Shown one piece after another: positions 1-14,814 of a DNA stretch of 64,000 nt; the stretch's first letter is position 1; every line of letters starts with the position of its first letter. Made by a program: the position numbers and the translations under genes. The DNA comes from Octopus sinensis (Eukaryota), in the NCBI RefSeq assembly GCF_006345805.1, contig NC_043002.1, forward strand, positions 117,986,001 to 118,050,000, in the 5' to 3' direction. The notes under the pieces are model-generated. The model had not been told where the DNA came from and did not search any database. It saw only the letters and a program-made list of their open reading frames with translations.

Positions 1-2727
1 TTGGCTTCAAATTTTGGCACAAAGCCAGAAATTTTGGGGATGGGTTAAGTTGATTTCATCAACCTCAGTGTTTAACTATTAATGCATTAATTACAATACT
101 AAATTAAACAATATTAAAAATCATTATATCTCAGATTACAAGAAAAACATAGGTGATAATCAAATATGTATTTTAAGCAACAAAATTTTTTATGACTCTC
201 AGCACTTCCACATGATCAAATATTCCATCAATTATTCCTTATTCTTATTATGAATCTTTAGCTTATTAGTCTAAAATTTGATTTACTAAATGACCCAGGA
301 TTTTAATAGTAACTATATAGTGTGTTAACATCATTGAGAAGTATATCTGTGTCCACAGCACATAGATCTATACAGCTGAACTCGTTGCAAAAAAATAAAA
401 ATGGTTTAAGCATCATCTCATAGTCTAAAACTGACATATTCACAGAATTAATCAATTTGTATCTTATGAAGCTGGAAGGCAACCGTAGAGAATATTTCCC
501 CAAAATTTCACTAACAATTGAAAGGAACTCTCATTAATTAAAATCAATTGTTTTTTCATCTCTAAATTTCTCAGTCACATTAGTCCAGAACAAGGGAGTT
601 GGCTGGCTAAAGTGTGTGGCAGAGAGAGACTTCAACCAAGACAAAGTTAAGGAATATAATCTCGTTCTAGCCTGGCGGTAGACACTGGGACACCAGAAGC
701 ATTAAATAAAAATGAAAAAGAAGCCCATGGTTGGGGCTCGGACTCCGCCGTGAAATCAATTCTACATTATTTATATATTATAAAATATAATTAGCTTGTA
801 TGCCATGAAGGAAGGCAGGACACTTTGAAACAAATAAGATAAAATAAACTGTATGTAGGAAGAGGACTATATTACTGGTCTTTGGAACGATAGAAATAGA
901 AGAGTGCATAGACTGAGCGAGAAAGGCCGAGCTGTCTCTTTCTGGGTATTCTCATTTCGAAATAGATATAGAACAGGGAGGGGCAGCTTTAGTCGGTGAT
1001 GTCATAGCTGTAATTTTATTTTTCTGTCATTTAATAAATATATTGGAGTGAATGATATAATGCTGTTTGGCCATCTGAACGTTTATTGACCGCCTTCTTA
1101 AAAACAGAGGGCAGTGGATATGTCAAGGGTGGGGACCCTCAGTTTCAATAGTAGATTGTAATTGTTTTGCTTGCGCAATAAATATTAATATTCTATTACT
1201 TTGAATTTTACTATTTATTTTAATACCTCAAACAAAAAACAAATAAATGTGAAATATGATTTTTCATAACATCAAATTTATGGGATTATTTTATTATTTT
1301 GAATTATTAATATTTTGCTGCTTACTTTTTTGTAAATCATGTTATTTTTAGATAAATAAAACATGTTTTCAGGAAAGAAAACTATTACTAAATATATTGT
1401 TAATCATTATGAATGAAAAAAATTAAGACGATTTATTAGATCTGCTAAGTGTTCTCGGCGATGTATTCAAACGAAAATAGTATTGTAGCTTAAAAAACTG
1501 TCAAAGAATATGTTTATGGCAATACAATAATTTGAAGTTAAATGTTCTGCTTTAGATTAAGAATTGTGATAAATAACCCAAACCATTTTAATCATACTTA
1601 AAATACCAATACAAAAGAGATCACCCGTACTTCTTTTCTTGGCAGTTAAGTGTATGAGAATATCTTAAAATGCACATTCATTCACAATGGAAATCATATG
1701 TTAAGTAAGGGTGTAACGATATGGTTTGCCATTGAGTCATAATAATCCCGGAGATCGAGCAAAAGAAACTATATCTGTTTTCTACATTACACACTAGCAT
1801 TTATTATGAGTTAATAATTTAGTAAACAACCGAACACTGAAAATTAGTATTGAAAATCAATCTTATTTTAATCTATGCTCACCTAAAACAATCACACTCA
1901 CAGCTATTAATGTATGTTCACAGGACAGTCAGTGCTGTACTAACAGAATTTTGTTTCATTCCTACAAATGATATTATGCATTGAAAACAATCGGCAACCC
2001 AAAATACGTATTAATTAGGTCTAAAAGAAATATTAATTCTAAGTCGATCGCCTTCAGATCTCCCTTATTAAAACCATCAAATTCCAAACTCATTCTAAAA
2101 TGCCACTAGTGTACCGATTCGAAATAATCCACTGTACATTCTCTCCTACAAAATTGACATTACATCTACATCACGAAATGCAAAGATGAAATTTATACTA
2201 AATGCCTTGAATCGTCAGCACAGAACCAAGTTGAAAACCTGCTTAAATGAATCTGCCACATTCTGTTTGTCATATAGAAACTCGAGTGAATTTTGACTGG
2301 TTTTCAGATATGAAATATCTTAATATATGTCGCATAAATAGGGGGACTAAACTTGCCCCTCTAAGTTGAAGGGCTTTACTGAAAACAAGAGGATTTTTGA
2401 CTCCCAACAGTATAGGAACCTAGATAAAAACAGATAATTATGTAAGGGGTTGTACCTAGATCGAAGCAGTCTGGCTTCGTCTTTAGATGGAATTGCGTTG
2501 TCGTTTTCCACACTTTATGAAAATGAAAAAAATCAAACCACCAAACAATGATATTCGAGCTAAATTATTATTTTCATTTGCCTGAATAATTCCTTGCTAA
2601 GCTAATTTCCTGATTGTGGGAAGACATATAAAATATGTACTCGTTTCCTATTCCATATTTCACAGCTCAGCAGAATTGAAAGTGAGGTAGTTGACAGAAG
2701 GAAAATCAAGGCATTCGTTGCCTTTTC

Positions 2728-2832
2728 ATGACAGCAGTTCAACAGGAAGGTGTGAAACAGCAAGAAGAAGAGGTCAATGAATAAAAAGCTCAAGCTAAAA
2801 ACGTCACTGATGCAGAATATATTAAACTGAAA
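2728..2832 (+). pseudogene. Possible 5' fragment of a SUMO1-like retrocopy
   Basis: ATG-initiated frame MTAVQQEGVKQQEEEVNE*KAQAKNVTDAEYIKLK with an internal TAA (2782-2784). The acidic N-terminus plus EYIKLK resembles SUMO1, but similarity stops after IKLK. Confidence 0.3.
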
Positions 2833-4425
2833 AATCCATATAATCTCATTGCTCGTAAAAATGTGTGTGTGTCCTCCATATCATTAAGTGTTACACACGA
2901 TTTTCACAAAAGATCAGGTAAAACGTCAAATTGGAAAGCAGATCGAACGCACGAAGGGTTTGATTTTTATCGCAATCATTATCAGTTGGAGGGAGATTAG
3001 TACGAGTGGTTCGTTCAGGTGTAGACATACCAAGTGTATATGGGTAGGGACCCTGGCAGACACACACATTTGGCACGTTTCTCCTATTTATAATAACAGC
3101 TGAAGACGAACAAAATTTCGTAATAAAAGCAAAATGATTTCATATTCTAACACAAAACACACACTTTTCCGTTTGTGGATACATAAAAACAAAATTGAAT
3201 CTACAGAGAGTAAGGGTGTGATCAATAAATTTGACATTTTGGTTTATAATTAACCCAAGCATCAACCTAAAATTGCCAGAATGTGTAAAAATCAATGTGG
3301 AAAGGAATTTGACAGATTATCGAAGATATTAAGCTGGAAATGTGAAGTGAGAAGGAAATAGAAGAAAATGAATTACACGATTATGTATAAGAGTGTGTGT
3401 GTGAATGCATATCTATGTATATATGTATGTGATCGATAGAGAGATCGATAGAGAGAGATAGGTAGGATAGATGGACAGGTGTTGTATTTGTAGGTGAGAG
3501 GGAGGCACGCCTAGAAATATGCATAACATTGCAAAAGGCTTATCACGAGAATCATGGTCGAGCAGAGCCATGATCAAAGATTTTCCATCCGTAACCATCC
3601 CGTCGTTTTTTTCATAATTATGACTATATTATCCGACGTGTCCTTCATTTCAGTGAGATGGCAGGTGTTATTTGAAGAGATTTGGTTACTGCTTTTAGCA
3701 GAGTGAGAAGCTTCATTATATAGAAAGTGACCCGAAAATATTTCAGAAAAAACATTATTTCTAAATTAAAATTAATTGTGTGTGAAAGGAAAACTTGATA
3801 AATTTGTATTTACATGAGTCTGGTGCGAATGTTGAGGAAATTAAGAATTAAAGATGTCGAGGTTTCACAATTATATTCGTGAAATTAGGTCTGATTTTAT
3901 TCGGTGTCTGTGGTTAATATGGGACAAATCTGATGACATTCCAGGATAAAACAGGTTTTTTTATACAACAGCAGAAATGGGGAATAAATAAACCAGGCCT
4001 GGACGAGAAAAACAAATCAATAGGAACCTTGTGTAGAAAAGATTAATAATATTACAGCTATGACGATTGCTACAACAACAACAACTATTATTATTATTAT
4101 TATTATTATAATAATAATAATAATAAAAATAATAGAATGGAGAGTTTTCGAGGAATCCGCGGCCGAGTTTCTAAAGAGATTCGTTGAAAGGCCAACAGGT
4201 TTGACACAGAGAAAGAAAAAAACATTGGATAACAATCATTGCAAAGACGCAAATAAAATAAAGGAAAAGGTTGGTTTCTCTTTCAGTAAATTAAATTTAT
4301 AAATGAATTGTCAAAATTAGGAAACGGGGGAAATTTATTCCGATTTGGCAGAAGAAGACGAAACCAAAATAAATGACAGGAAAGCTTTTATATTGGAAAA
4401 GGAAATATGTTTATATATGACTTAC

Positions 4426-4742
4426 TGGCAATCATTCATAATTTCCTCTTGTGTTCGAATTTGAACAGGGGCGAATTTCTCAACTTTTTCTTCGAAATTA
4501 CAAAAGCATTTCGTAATTTTTTCATCGAATGTATTAACCAAGTCTTCGAGTGATCCTGACACAGTTTCGCCGAAGTGATTCTCAGCCACTAAATTATTGT
4601 CATTTTTTTCATTTGTTCCTTTCGAAGGCTTAGGGTTCTTGTTAGAATTTTCTACCTCTGTAACTGTTTGAAAATCGTTAAAATCATTCCATTCCTCACT
4701 TTCAAATGTGGCCAAAGGAGCCTCAAACTGTAATTCCGCCAT
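4426..4742 (-). CDS. unc-76: FEZ/UNC-76 (fasciculation and elongation protein zeta) first coding exon
   Basis: MAELQFEAPLATFESEEW...SGSLEDLVNTFDEKITKCFCNFEEKVEKFAPVQIRTQEEIMNDC matches the conserved FEZ/UNC-76 N-terminus. ATG in aagATGg context at 4742; phase-2 donor CA|GTAAGT at 4425. I did not find the next exon (expected MWWTxTGNFG) in 1-4425, so it lies outside the window. Confidence 0.93.
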
Positions 4743-5075
4743 CTTTAGGCCCCGCATCCTCAGCACCAGACGACCTTCACCTTTGCAACGGAATCAAGCG
4801 AGGGGAGAAAACACGCAATTTTCACCCCAGCTCTCACTTTTCACTCGAAAAAAGAATGCTCTTTTTTTTTCTTGCCTTTTTTACTCGCTTTTTTCTCCCC
4901 AAACTGTAAAAGATAAACGGAGGAATTCCTTACAATATTTCTCATCAAAATGTCCTTTCGTCTGCCGATTTGCGGTTGCGTGATGTCTGCTGCCTCTCGC
5001 CTTGCTACTCTCTGCACGACTATCCTGTCGTCTGCTTTTCAATGGCCGCCCATAGCTCCGCCTATAATATTAATA
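4743..5075 (-). promoter_or_regulatory. CpG-richer 5'UTR/promoter of the FEZ gene
   Basis: Local CpG/GC enrichment; GC-box-like GGCGGAG and GGGCGG at ~5045-5065 (minus strand); YY1-like AAGATGGCG overlaps the start codon. Confidence 0.55.
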
Positions 5076-5414
5076 TTCAAACTACAACGGTTGCAGATAA
5101 TAGTAGTTGCAGTAGCAATGGGTTATGGCATTTAAACAAATATTATTTTTAAAACCTATCATATCAAACTACCGATAATACCGCAGTAATAGCAGTAGTA
5201 CGTTAATTACACACTACCTATACCTGCAAATGAACCAGGACTCGAGTAATTTTTCATTCAGTATGGCATTAGGTTTTTTTTTTAAAGCAAAAACCTGAGA
5301 ATCTAATTAAGTCAGGCATATATGCATGAATGCATCCATACATGAATACATACATACTTACATACATACATACTCAAACACACATATATTTATGTATGTA
5401 TGTATGTATGTATG

Positions 5415-5469
<55 letters not shown>

Positions 5470-5937
5470 GTATGTATCTATATATACATGTATATATATG
5501 TGTGTGTTTGTGTGTGTATGTATGTATGAATATATATGCATGTGCATAGGTATGTATGTGTGCGTGTCTGGGTATATACATATACACACACACATACATA
5601 CATACATACATACATACATACACACACATACGCATACACGCAGGGAAAGAAAGAATTAATGAATTAGGAAAATTTTTGAATCAAACATTGAGAGCAGGAA
5701 GATGATTGTACTCAAAATAAATGACTAACTACAGAGCAAATAGTTGTATTTTACAAATGAATGTTTTAACTAAGATACTCCGCTTTTACTTATTCATAAA
5801 TAATTCTGGAATATTTTCTTTCAAACTATTCTCTTTCAAAGGAACAAACTTTGATTTAGCAAAAGAGAAAATTCTTTATTAAAACCTCAAATGTATGTAT
5901 GCATTCATGCATGACTTATGCATGTATTATGCATGTA

Positions 5938-6105
5938 TCATCATCATCATCATCATCATCGTTTAACGTCCGCTTTCCATGCTAGCATGGGTTGGACGGT
6001 TCAACTGGGGTCTGGCAAGCTCGAAGGCTGCACCAGGCCAGTCAGATCTGGCAGTGTTTCTACAGCTGGATGCCCTTCCTAACGCCAACCACTCCGAGAG
6101 TGTAT
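5938..6105 (-). mobile_element. RTE LINE 3' UTR fragment with (GAT)n tail
   Basis: (CAT)n followed by gtttaacgtccgctttccatgctagcatgggttggacgg; the same 3' end recurs at ~9480, ~12970, ~45840 and ~48740. Confidence 0.7.
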
Positions 6106-6235
6106 ATTTAAAAATATATGTATCGTGTACATGCATGCAAGTATGTTTGTATGTCTGTATATGTGTGTATTGTATGTATGTGTGTATGTGAGTACATGTG
6201 AGTATATGTACATATTGTACATATGCAAGTACATA

Positions 6236-7444
6236 CTGGGTTGGACAAAGTAATAGCATCATAATTTTGAAATATCTATAAAACTGTCAAAAGCTTGTTT
6301 ATTTTTATGTTTTTTGATTTATTATTAGTGTTGCTTAATGTTTTGCTAAAATTACTATTTCTTTTCAAATATCATCAGAAAAAGGTAATTAAAATTCATT
6401 AAAATGACAGATCTATCGAACTTTCAAAGAGGTCAAATTGTTGGTGAAGGTATGGTAGGTGCTAGCACAACAAAAACAGCCGAAATGTTTGGTGTATCAA
6501 GATGTACTGTCTTGAAAGTAATGATAGCCTTTGAGAAAGAAGGAAAAACCTCATCGAAACAAAACTCTGGAAGAAAACCAAAATTCTTACGCGAATTATT
6601 AGAAGGAATTACAAAAGTACAGCTCCCAAAATTACTGCAGAGCTTAATGACCACTTTGAGAACCCAATATTCACAAAACTGTTCGCCGAGAATTGCACAA
6701 AGTTGGATTTCATGGGAGGGATGCAATTGGAAAGCCACTACTTTCAAAAAACAAATGTTGCAAAGCGTTTAGAGTGGAGTAAAAACCTACAGAATTGGTC
6801 CCTAGATGAGTGATCCTTTATCTTATTTCTGACCACTGGCCAAGTATACATGTGGAGACAGCCAAAAGAAGCATTTGACCCAGACTGTCTTCTTTCAACT
6901 GTTAGATATGGAGGAGGATTTGCGATGCTCTGGGTGGGGGTGGGGGGTATATCTTGGAAATCTGCCAGCCCAATAGTTTCCCTTCATGGCAGAATTAATA
7001 GGCAAGATTATTTAAGCATTTTATCTGATCAAATTCATCCTATGGTTGCAGAACTGTTTCTGGAGGGAAATGCAATCTTTCAGGATGATAATGCACCAAT
7101 TCACACAGCTAAAGTTGTTACTGAATGGCACAAGGAATATTCTAGTGAAGTTGAACATCTTATCTGGCCATTACAGTTCCCAGATCTGAATATTATTGAA
7201 CATTTATGGCGCAGTTTAGAAAAACAAGTAAGGAGTCAATATCCTTCACCATTATCACTACAAGAACTGGAGAGTGTTTTAGCTGAAGAATGGACAAAAA
7301 GTCCTTTGGAAACAATTCAAACTTTGTACGAGTTCATACCTCATGGAATTCAAGCTGTAATTACTGCCAAAGGCAATCCTACCTCATATTAAAATAAATT
7401 TGTTTGAAATTTTAAGGTGTTTCTATTATTTTGTCCAACCCCTG
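6236..7444 (+). mobile_element. Tc1-like DNA transposon, degenerate
   Basis: ORFs MTDLSNFQRGQIVG... and ...FQDDNAPIH...PDLNIIEHLW (DD34E-type). TIRs c(a)ggggttggacaaa / ttgtccaacccctg flanked by TA; frameshifted. Confidence 0.88.
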
Positions 7445-9479
7445 TATGTATGCATGTGTGTGTGTGTGTGTATTATTTAGTAGCCATATACTTGGTGATA
7501 CATACATGGTGGCTGCCCCCTCGTTATCAAGTATGGCCATTATACGAAGCTTAATCAATGTTGTTATCGTACAATGCCAGTGCAAGATGATTTTTTTTAA
7601 AGTGAGGAAAGGCTGTGCACTGAGTCAATCCCACTCACTAAGCAACAGCAGCCATAATCCGTAAAGAAGAACAAGTCAACATCATCGGTAACCACTGAGC
7701 CGCAGGTTTTATGTCGGAGCTATCCCAGTTACTTGAGTTACCTTCTCCTAGAAGGATGTCCTAATAAAGGCTAGGAGTCCTTCACTCCCAATGGTTGAAC
7801 CACGCGATCGGGTATTCAATCCGATTATTTCTATGTCCCCACACATGATACAGTCTTAAGACATTTATTGGATGGCCATTGACTCTCAAGAGTTCCTCCA
7901 CCCTTTGACGTGTTTTGTTTTTCATCCCACAGGGTGTCCAATAAACACCCTCCTCACCAAGCAAGCTTGGTGGGGTTGCCGGTTTAGTCACCCACGACCC
8001 GACCATGCAACAGGTTGTACTGGGTTACATGTTACCAGTAGCACTCGAAAGTGACCTGACATACATACATACATACATACATACATACATACCCTGTTGT
8101 TGATGTTGAAATTCTAATGAAGGAGCCTAGGATCTTGGTTAGAAACTGACTCTCTCTGTTGGCAAGAAATCTTGAAATAAAACTGAATAAAGGCATACAT
8201 ACATACATACATACATACATACATAAAAGAATGGTTAGATGTGTTAATGTGTATGTAAGCATAAATATATGTGTTGTGTGGATTCATGTTGAGTGTGTGA
8301 GTGTGAGTGTGTGGATGCTAAGTTAAAAGGGAAAGAGTAAGCTTTCATCATTTGATTATCATATCAAAATACAAGTATTTATTTGGGTCATGTAATATAC
8401 ATGTCAGCAATGTTGCTTCCCAAGCTTGAATGAATTTTCATTTGAGTAGTGTCAAAGCTGATAACTTTCCTTATGTGTGTGTATGTGATGATGATCATCA
8501 TCATTTTTAACATTTGTCTTTCATGCTGGCATAGGTTTCTTGGTTTGACAAGAAATGAGGAGTTGAAAGATTGTATCATGCTCTAATGTTTATTTTGGCA
8601 TGGTTTCTATGGCTGCATATCCTTCTCTGATGCCAACCACTTCAGAGAGTAGAGTGGCTGTTTTTTGTTTTTTTTGTGTGGCAACAGCATTAGTGCACTT
8701 ACCATATAGCTCACAAGAATAAGACTGAGTAAATATACAGTAGAGAGGGGAGGAGGCAGCCTCATGCTAGATAAGGAAAAGTTAGAGCATGAAAGAAGGG
8801 GTTGGAACAGATTTCTTGCATTAGAGAACATATATGGCTACTCCCATTTTACAAGAGTAGATGGGAGAAAATGGTGTGAGACTGAAAAGAGAGATACGTA
8901 TGGTGGTTACAAGGTGTCAGAGTGGATCCTGGAGGTAGAAAGATAGAAAGGGTGGCTGGATAGAGGTTGCAAGAATGCAAGGAGAGAGTGAAGGATGGTT
9001 AAAGATAGGGCAGAGGTGCAAATATATTGAATGATGAATAAGGGTTAATGATAAATATGTGTTGGATGGAAGGTGGGAGAGATTAAATGATGTCTAGAGA
9101 ATGTAATGAATAGTGGAAGAGGAATCAATGCTATACATGAGTTAGTGGAGGATGGAGGTAGGGATAGGCACTGAGTGGTAGAACAGAAAAGTGGAGAGCA
9201 GTAGAATAACAATTTTTATACAGTAGAGAGGAGAAGGATGAGAGAAAGGGAGATTATGTGTGGGTGGGTAGGTTACAAGAGTGTGAATAGAGAGAAAGAT
9301 GTAATATGTGGAGGGAGTGAGCGATATATCATGATATTGGCAAATCAGCAAAAAACGGTTCTGTGAAGAGGGTGCCTAGCAATAGTATGAGATGTTTAAC
9401 AGGAAGAGACTCAGATGGTAATTTGGTGACATAGAAGGTTGGGTTGATTCATGTAAAATGTGAATGGAAAGGAACATGA

Positions 9480-10530
9480 TGATGATTATCGTCATCATCG
9501 TTTAACATCCGTTTTCTGTGCTGGCATGGGTTGGATGGTTTGACTGAGGTCTGCAGAGCCAGTGGCTGCACTAGCCAGTGGCTGATCTAGCAATGTTTCT
9601 ATAGCTGGATGCCCTTCCTAATGCCAACCACTCTGAGAGTGCAGTGGGTGCTTTTTACATGCCACTGGCACAAGAGCCAGTCAGGCAGGCCTGGCATCAA
9701 TCACTTTCAGATAGTGCTTTTTACATGCCACTGGCACAGGGGCCAGTCAGGAGGTACTGGAACTGGCCACGTTCGGATGGTGCTTTTTATGTGCCACCAG
9801 CACAAGAGCCAGTCAGCGAGTACTGGCATCAACCACATTTGGTTGGTGCTTTTTATGTGCCACTGGCACAAGAGCCAGTCAGGCAGACCTGGCATTGAAT
9901 ATGTTTGGATGGTGTTTTTTATGTGCCACTGGCATCGGAGGTACTGGCATTGGCCATGTTCAGTTGGTGCTTTTTACGTGCCACTGGCACAGGAGCCAGT
10001 CAGTTGGACTTGGCATCGACCATATTTGGATGGTGCTTTTTACATGCCAGTCAGTGGGAACTGGCCACAGCTACGATATTGGTTTTACTTTACTCAACAG
10101 CTCTTCTCAAGCATATCATATCACCCGACACATCAGGGGAATTCTTAACAGGGCCAGACATGTGTGGCTACAATCTCACTTTAGTTGCTGAGTCTTCTTA
10201 ATCACAGCATACCTCCAAAAGTCCCAGTCTCCTGTCATTGCCACTGTGAGGCTCAATGTTTGAAGGTCATGCTTCACCACCTCATCCCATGCCTTCCTAG
10301 GTCTACCTCTTCCACAGGTTCCTTCTACAGTTAGGGAGTGACACTTCCTCACACAGCTGTCTTCATTCATACATAACACAGGACCATATCAGTACAGTTG
10401 CCTCTCTTGCTTGATGCTTCTTATGCCCAACTTTTCTCTCAGGGCACTTACCCTCTGTCATATATGCACACTGACATTATGCATCCAGTGGATCATACTA
10501 GCTTCCTTTTTTCAAGCCTATGCATCTCCT
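9480..10530 (-). mobile_element. RTE LINE 3' end with an internal ~57-bp tandem array
   Basis: ORF 10176-10379 (CHSLTVEGTCGRGRPRKAWDEVVKHDL) is the RTE ORF2 C-terminus. The 3'UTR carries about 7 copies of ggtgctttttacatgccactggcacaagagccagtcag (9645-10060). Confidence 0.8.
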
Positions 10531-10790
10531 CAACATTCATGGCCCATGTTTCACTGCCATGAACAACGTTATGAAAACTGGAATACAAAAAACTGATCAG
10601 TCACATGAAAATTTTATATTATGATATTATGATATAGAAGTCAAGTTAACCAGTGAATATTTAACTGTTATATTTGTTATGATGATGATACACACACACA
10701 CACGAAATGATGTACTCAAGTGTAGTTATGTTTTTAGCTTGTGCTTTTTCCATGATCATACGTGAGTATTTTATTTATATCCCATCGAAA

Positions 10791-10857
10791 TTTCTACTGA
10801 AGAAGGAATATATCTTTTTTTTATAAGATTAAGTCCGAAATTGATTCAATATAGAGA
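10791..10857 (+). ncRNA. Hammerhead ribozyme-like motif related to the 42.5-43.4 kb family
   Basis: CTGAAGA-A-GGA-[ATCTT/AAGAT hairpin]-TCC-GAAA-TTGATT-CAATA. Core intact, stem I imperfect. Confidence 0.55.
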
Positions 10858-10984
10858 TAACGAAATTTAAATTTTCTAAAGGTTAGTTGCCCGTTTTCAG
10901 TTTCAATTTTCCTGTAACAAGCGGATTATAAGTGGATAAAACAGTGTATTTGGCTTTAGAATAACCCTCTTTAGCCCTTAATTA

Positions 10985-10986
10985 TA

Positions 10987-11085
<99 letters not shown>

Positions 11086-11152
11086 ATATATATATATGTA
11101 TATATATGTATATATATGTATATATATATATGTATATATATATATGTATATA

Positions 11153-11217
<65 letters not shown>

Positions 11218-11230
11218 ATATATATATATT
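10985..11230. repeat. (TA)n microsatellite (one of many; the IYIY/HTHT ORFs derive from such tracts)
   Basis: Directly visible. Confidence 0.97.
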
Positions 11231-12428
11231 ATTAATATTTAAAAGAAGTTTTATATATCAGCATTGCCAAAATATTCTGGAGTCATACCAGTTTGCATGA
11301 GATTGAAGCATATTGGAATAGGATGCTTCATGTCTGCTTCTCCAAAATAGACAGTCGTAAAGAGTTGTGATTGTAATGACAAAAGTTTGATAAGCTTGTA
11401 ATACTAAATGAGTTATATGTAAACAAGTTTCCAAGAATGATGTTTTAATCAGAAAATGATAAAAAAATTAATATCATGATAGAGAAATAACAACAAAAAT
11501 ATTTCATTTCCTTATCAGAAATATTCTCAAAATGTGACAATCTTCAAGTTTTAGTGATTGCTATTTTTATGTTAAATTGTGCAAACTGCATTTGACAGTT
11601 TAGCCTTTGAACTGGCCATGTTGGGCTCAAATATTCTGCATGTTTCATGTTCAAACTGGCTAGATCCAGCTTCTCACATCTAACCTACAATGCCATTCTA
11701 AAAATAAAGTCACATCATCGAAATCTCAAAGCTACAAGATAATGCATGATTAATTCTACAGAATGTGAATAAATAAGTATTATAATTAACGGAGTCATTT
11801 GAATGCTAAAGGGTTAAATTGTATGGGTCTATTGAAAGATAAAATGTGTCTGATAAAACAAATTGTGACGTATATAACGTGAATATCACAATAGTTATTT
11901 GATTTGATGCAAAATATTTCTCCACTTGTTTTCAGAAATAGAGGAGAAAAGGTTTTGAAACAATATATTGATAAAAGATAGAGAGAACAGCCTGAGCTTA
12001 GCTGAAGTTGAGGAAAAGAAATTGGCTTGGCGAGATTTTATTCAGTCTGAAAGCTGTAGAAAGCCTCAGTTGTCTTTTACATATTTTATTGCAGCTTTGT
12101 TTCCATCATTTTTCAACAGTATTTCATAGTTAAACTATTTGATTTCCTAGTTTTAGAGGATCTACTATTTAAATGGAACACAGGTTACTAATGTGCATTT
12201 GACAATATTGATCGGTATTAACAATCAGTCAGTGACGATAGCAGACTCGGTGTGTGTAGGACAAATAAAGGATGCATAGCTAAATGGGCTTGTAGATTAT
12301 TTATTTATTTATTTGTAGCTGAACAACAACAGGTATGGCAGTAAGTCAGCAAGCTGAGGCATGGATGAATAAGGTGAGAACATTGGTAAGCTTAACTGAA
12401 GCATCCTATTTGAAATGTATTTAAAATG

Positions 12429-12480
<52 letters not shown>

Positions 12481-12969
12481 CTATATTTAGGATAAAATTT
12501 CATATAATTGATGATTTGAAGATTTAATAATCATAAAAAAACAATGGTGTTATATTTACATTGATTTGTCAATCGACATGAAGGACGTGCAAAGACATGC
12601 TTATATACATTTGTGTGTGTGTGTGTGTGTGTGTGTATACATTCATAATTATGCAGGCATTCATCTATATGCATATATACACATATGTAACATAACCACC
12701 ACGACCACCACCATCATCATCACTGTTGTTGCTATCATCATGATATATATTTTATGGCCTTTAAGTTATTTAAAGTTCTTACAACAGAGGATGTAGAACT
12801 CAGGTGGCTTTCTTTTATTTCTCACCTGTCTACTTTACTCTGAAGAAGGAACTCTAACCAAAACCCTGGATATTCCACTCCTCACAGCAATTTCACTGCA
12901 CTCTTTCTATTGATTTATATATACGTATGTGTGTGTGTGTGTGTGTATGCATATATATATAAGTATATA

Positions 12970-13994
<1,025 letters not shown>

Positions 13995-14012
13995 TATATG
14001 CATGTGTGTATA

Positions 14013-14612
14013 CAGGGTGTGGTGAATAAACTGTCATCTAAATTATGCAAAAATGAAAATAACACTGACTTCTCATTTTAACAGATATATTTACCAAAAT
14101 TACATAAAAATATCTTGAAAAACTAAAGAGAAAATTTATTCAATAAAATTGCCATTGGCTTCAACCACGGCCTCCAGGCGACTTTGGAATCTCCTGCAAC
14201 TCTTCTGGATGGTCTCCTTGCTTAAGTTGGTGAATGCTGCCATAATCTTTGTCTTCAGTTCATCTTTGGTGTTACAAGGAGTTTTGTTTTGTCTTTTGGT
14301 CAACTGTGACCCACACATAATAATCAAGGGGGTTGCAGTCTGGGGAGTTAGGTAGCCAGATGTTAGGGGTGATGTGGTCGCAGAAATTGTCTGACAGCCG
14401 TGACTGGGTTCCTCTACTCATGTGGTATGGGACAGACTCCAGTTGCCAGACATAGGGTCTTACAGCAGCTACCCTCTTAACCCAAGGCCTCACAACCTCC
14501 TCTAGGCACCTGATGTAGGCCTCCGTGTTGAGTCTGAAGCCGTGTGGGAAGATGAATGGAGGCATAACATCATTTTGTGTAGTTTAGATGACAATTTAAT
14601 CAACCCACTCTG
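14013..14612 (-). mobile_element. Internally deleted Tc1/mariner element (DD37D/maT-like)
   Basis: ~40-bp TIRs cagggtgtggtgaataaactgtcatctaaatta / tagtttagatgacaatttaatcaacccactctg with TA TSDs. Coding remnant YVWQLESVPYH...WLPNSPDCNPLDYYVW...VEANGNFIE. Confidence 0.82.
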
Positions 14613-14673
14613 TACATATATACATATATACATACATACATACATATATGTATGTATGTATGTATATCTACAG

Positions 14674-14713
<40 letters not shown>

Positions 14714-14814
14714 CATACATACATATATATATATATAATATATATTATATATATATATATATTATATATATATATATACATACATATATATATATATATA
14801 TATATCTACAGCCT

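Noticed and set aside
303-503. 66-aa minus-strand ORF as FEZ exon 2
   Set aside because: It lacks the expected MWWTxTGNFGNILPIDW motif and shows no recognisable homology.
3100-3130. CTGAAGA-CGAA...TTCG hammerhead-like start
   Set aside because: It is followed by TAAT rather than GAAA, and there is no stem I or III.
8105-8160. CTAATGA-AGGAGCC...GGTTA-GAAAC motif in a (CATA)n-tailed repeat
   Set aside because: G5 is substituted and the stems are poor, so it is not counted as an HHR.
9645-10060. ~57-bp repeats as a CRISPR-like array
   Set aside because: The context is eukaryotic, the units are contiguous degenerate tandem copies within an RTE 3'UTR, and there are no unique spacers or cas genes.
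11936-12400. Plus-strand splice-like sites and short protein-like frames
   Set aside because: Early stops follow the acceptor in all frames, and no coherent gene model or homology is evident.
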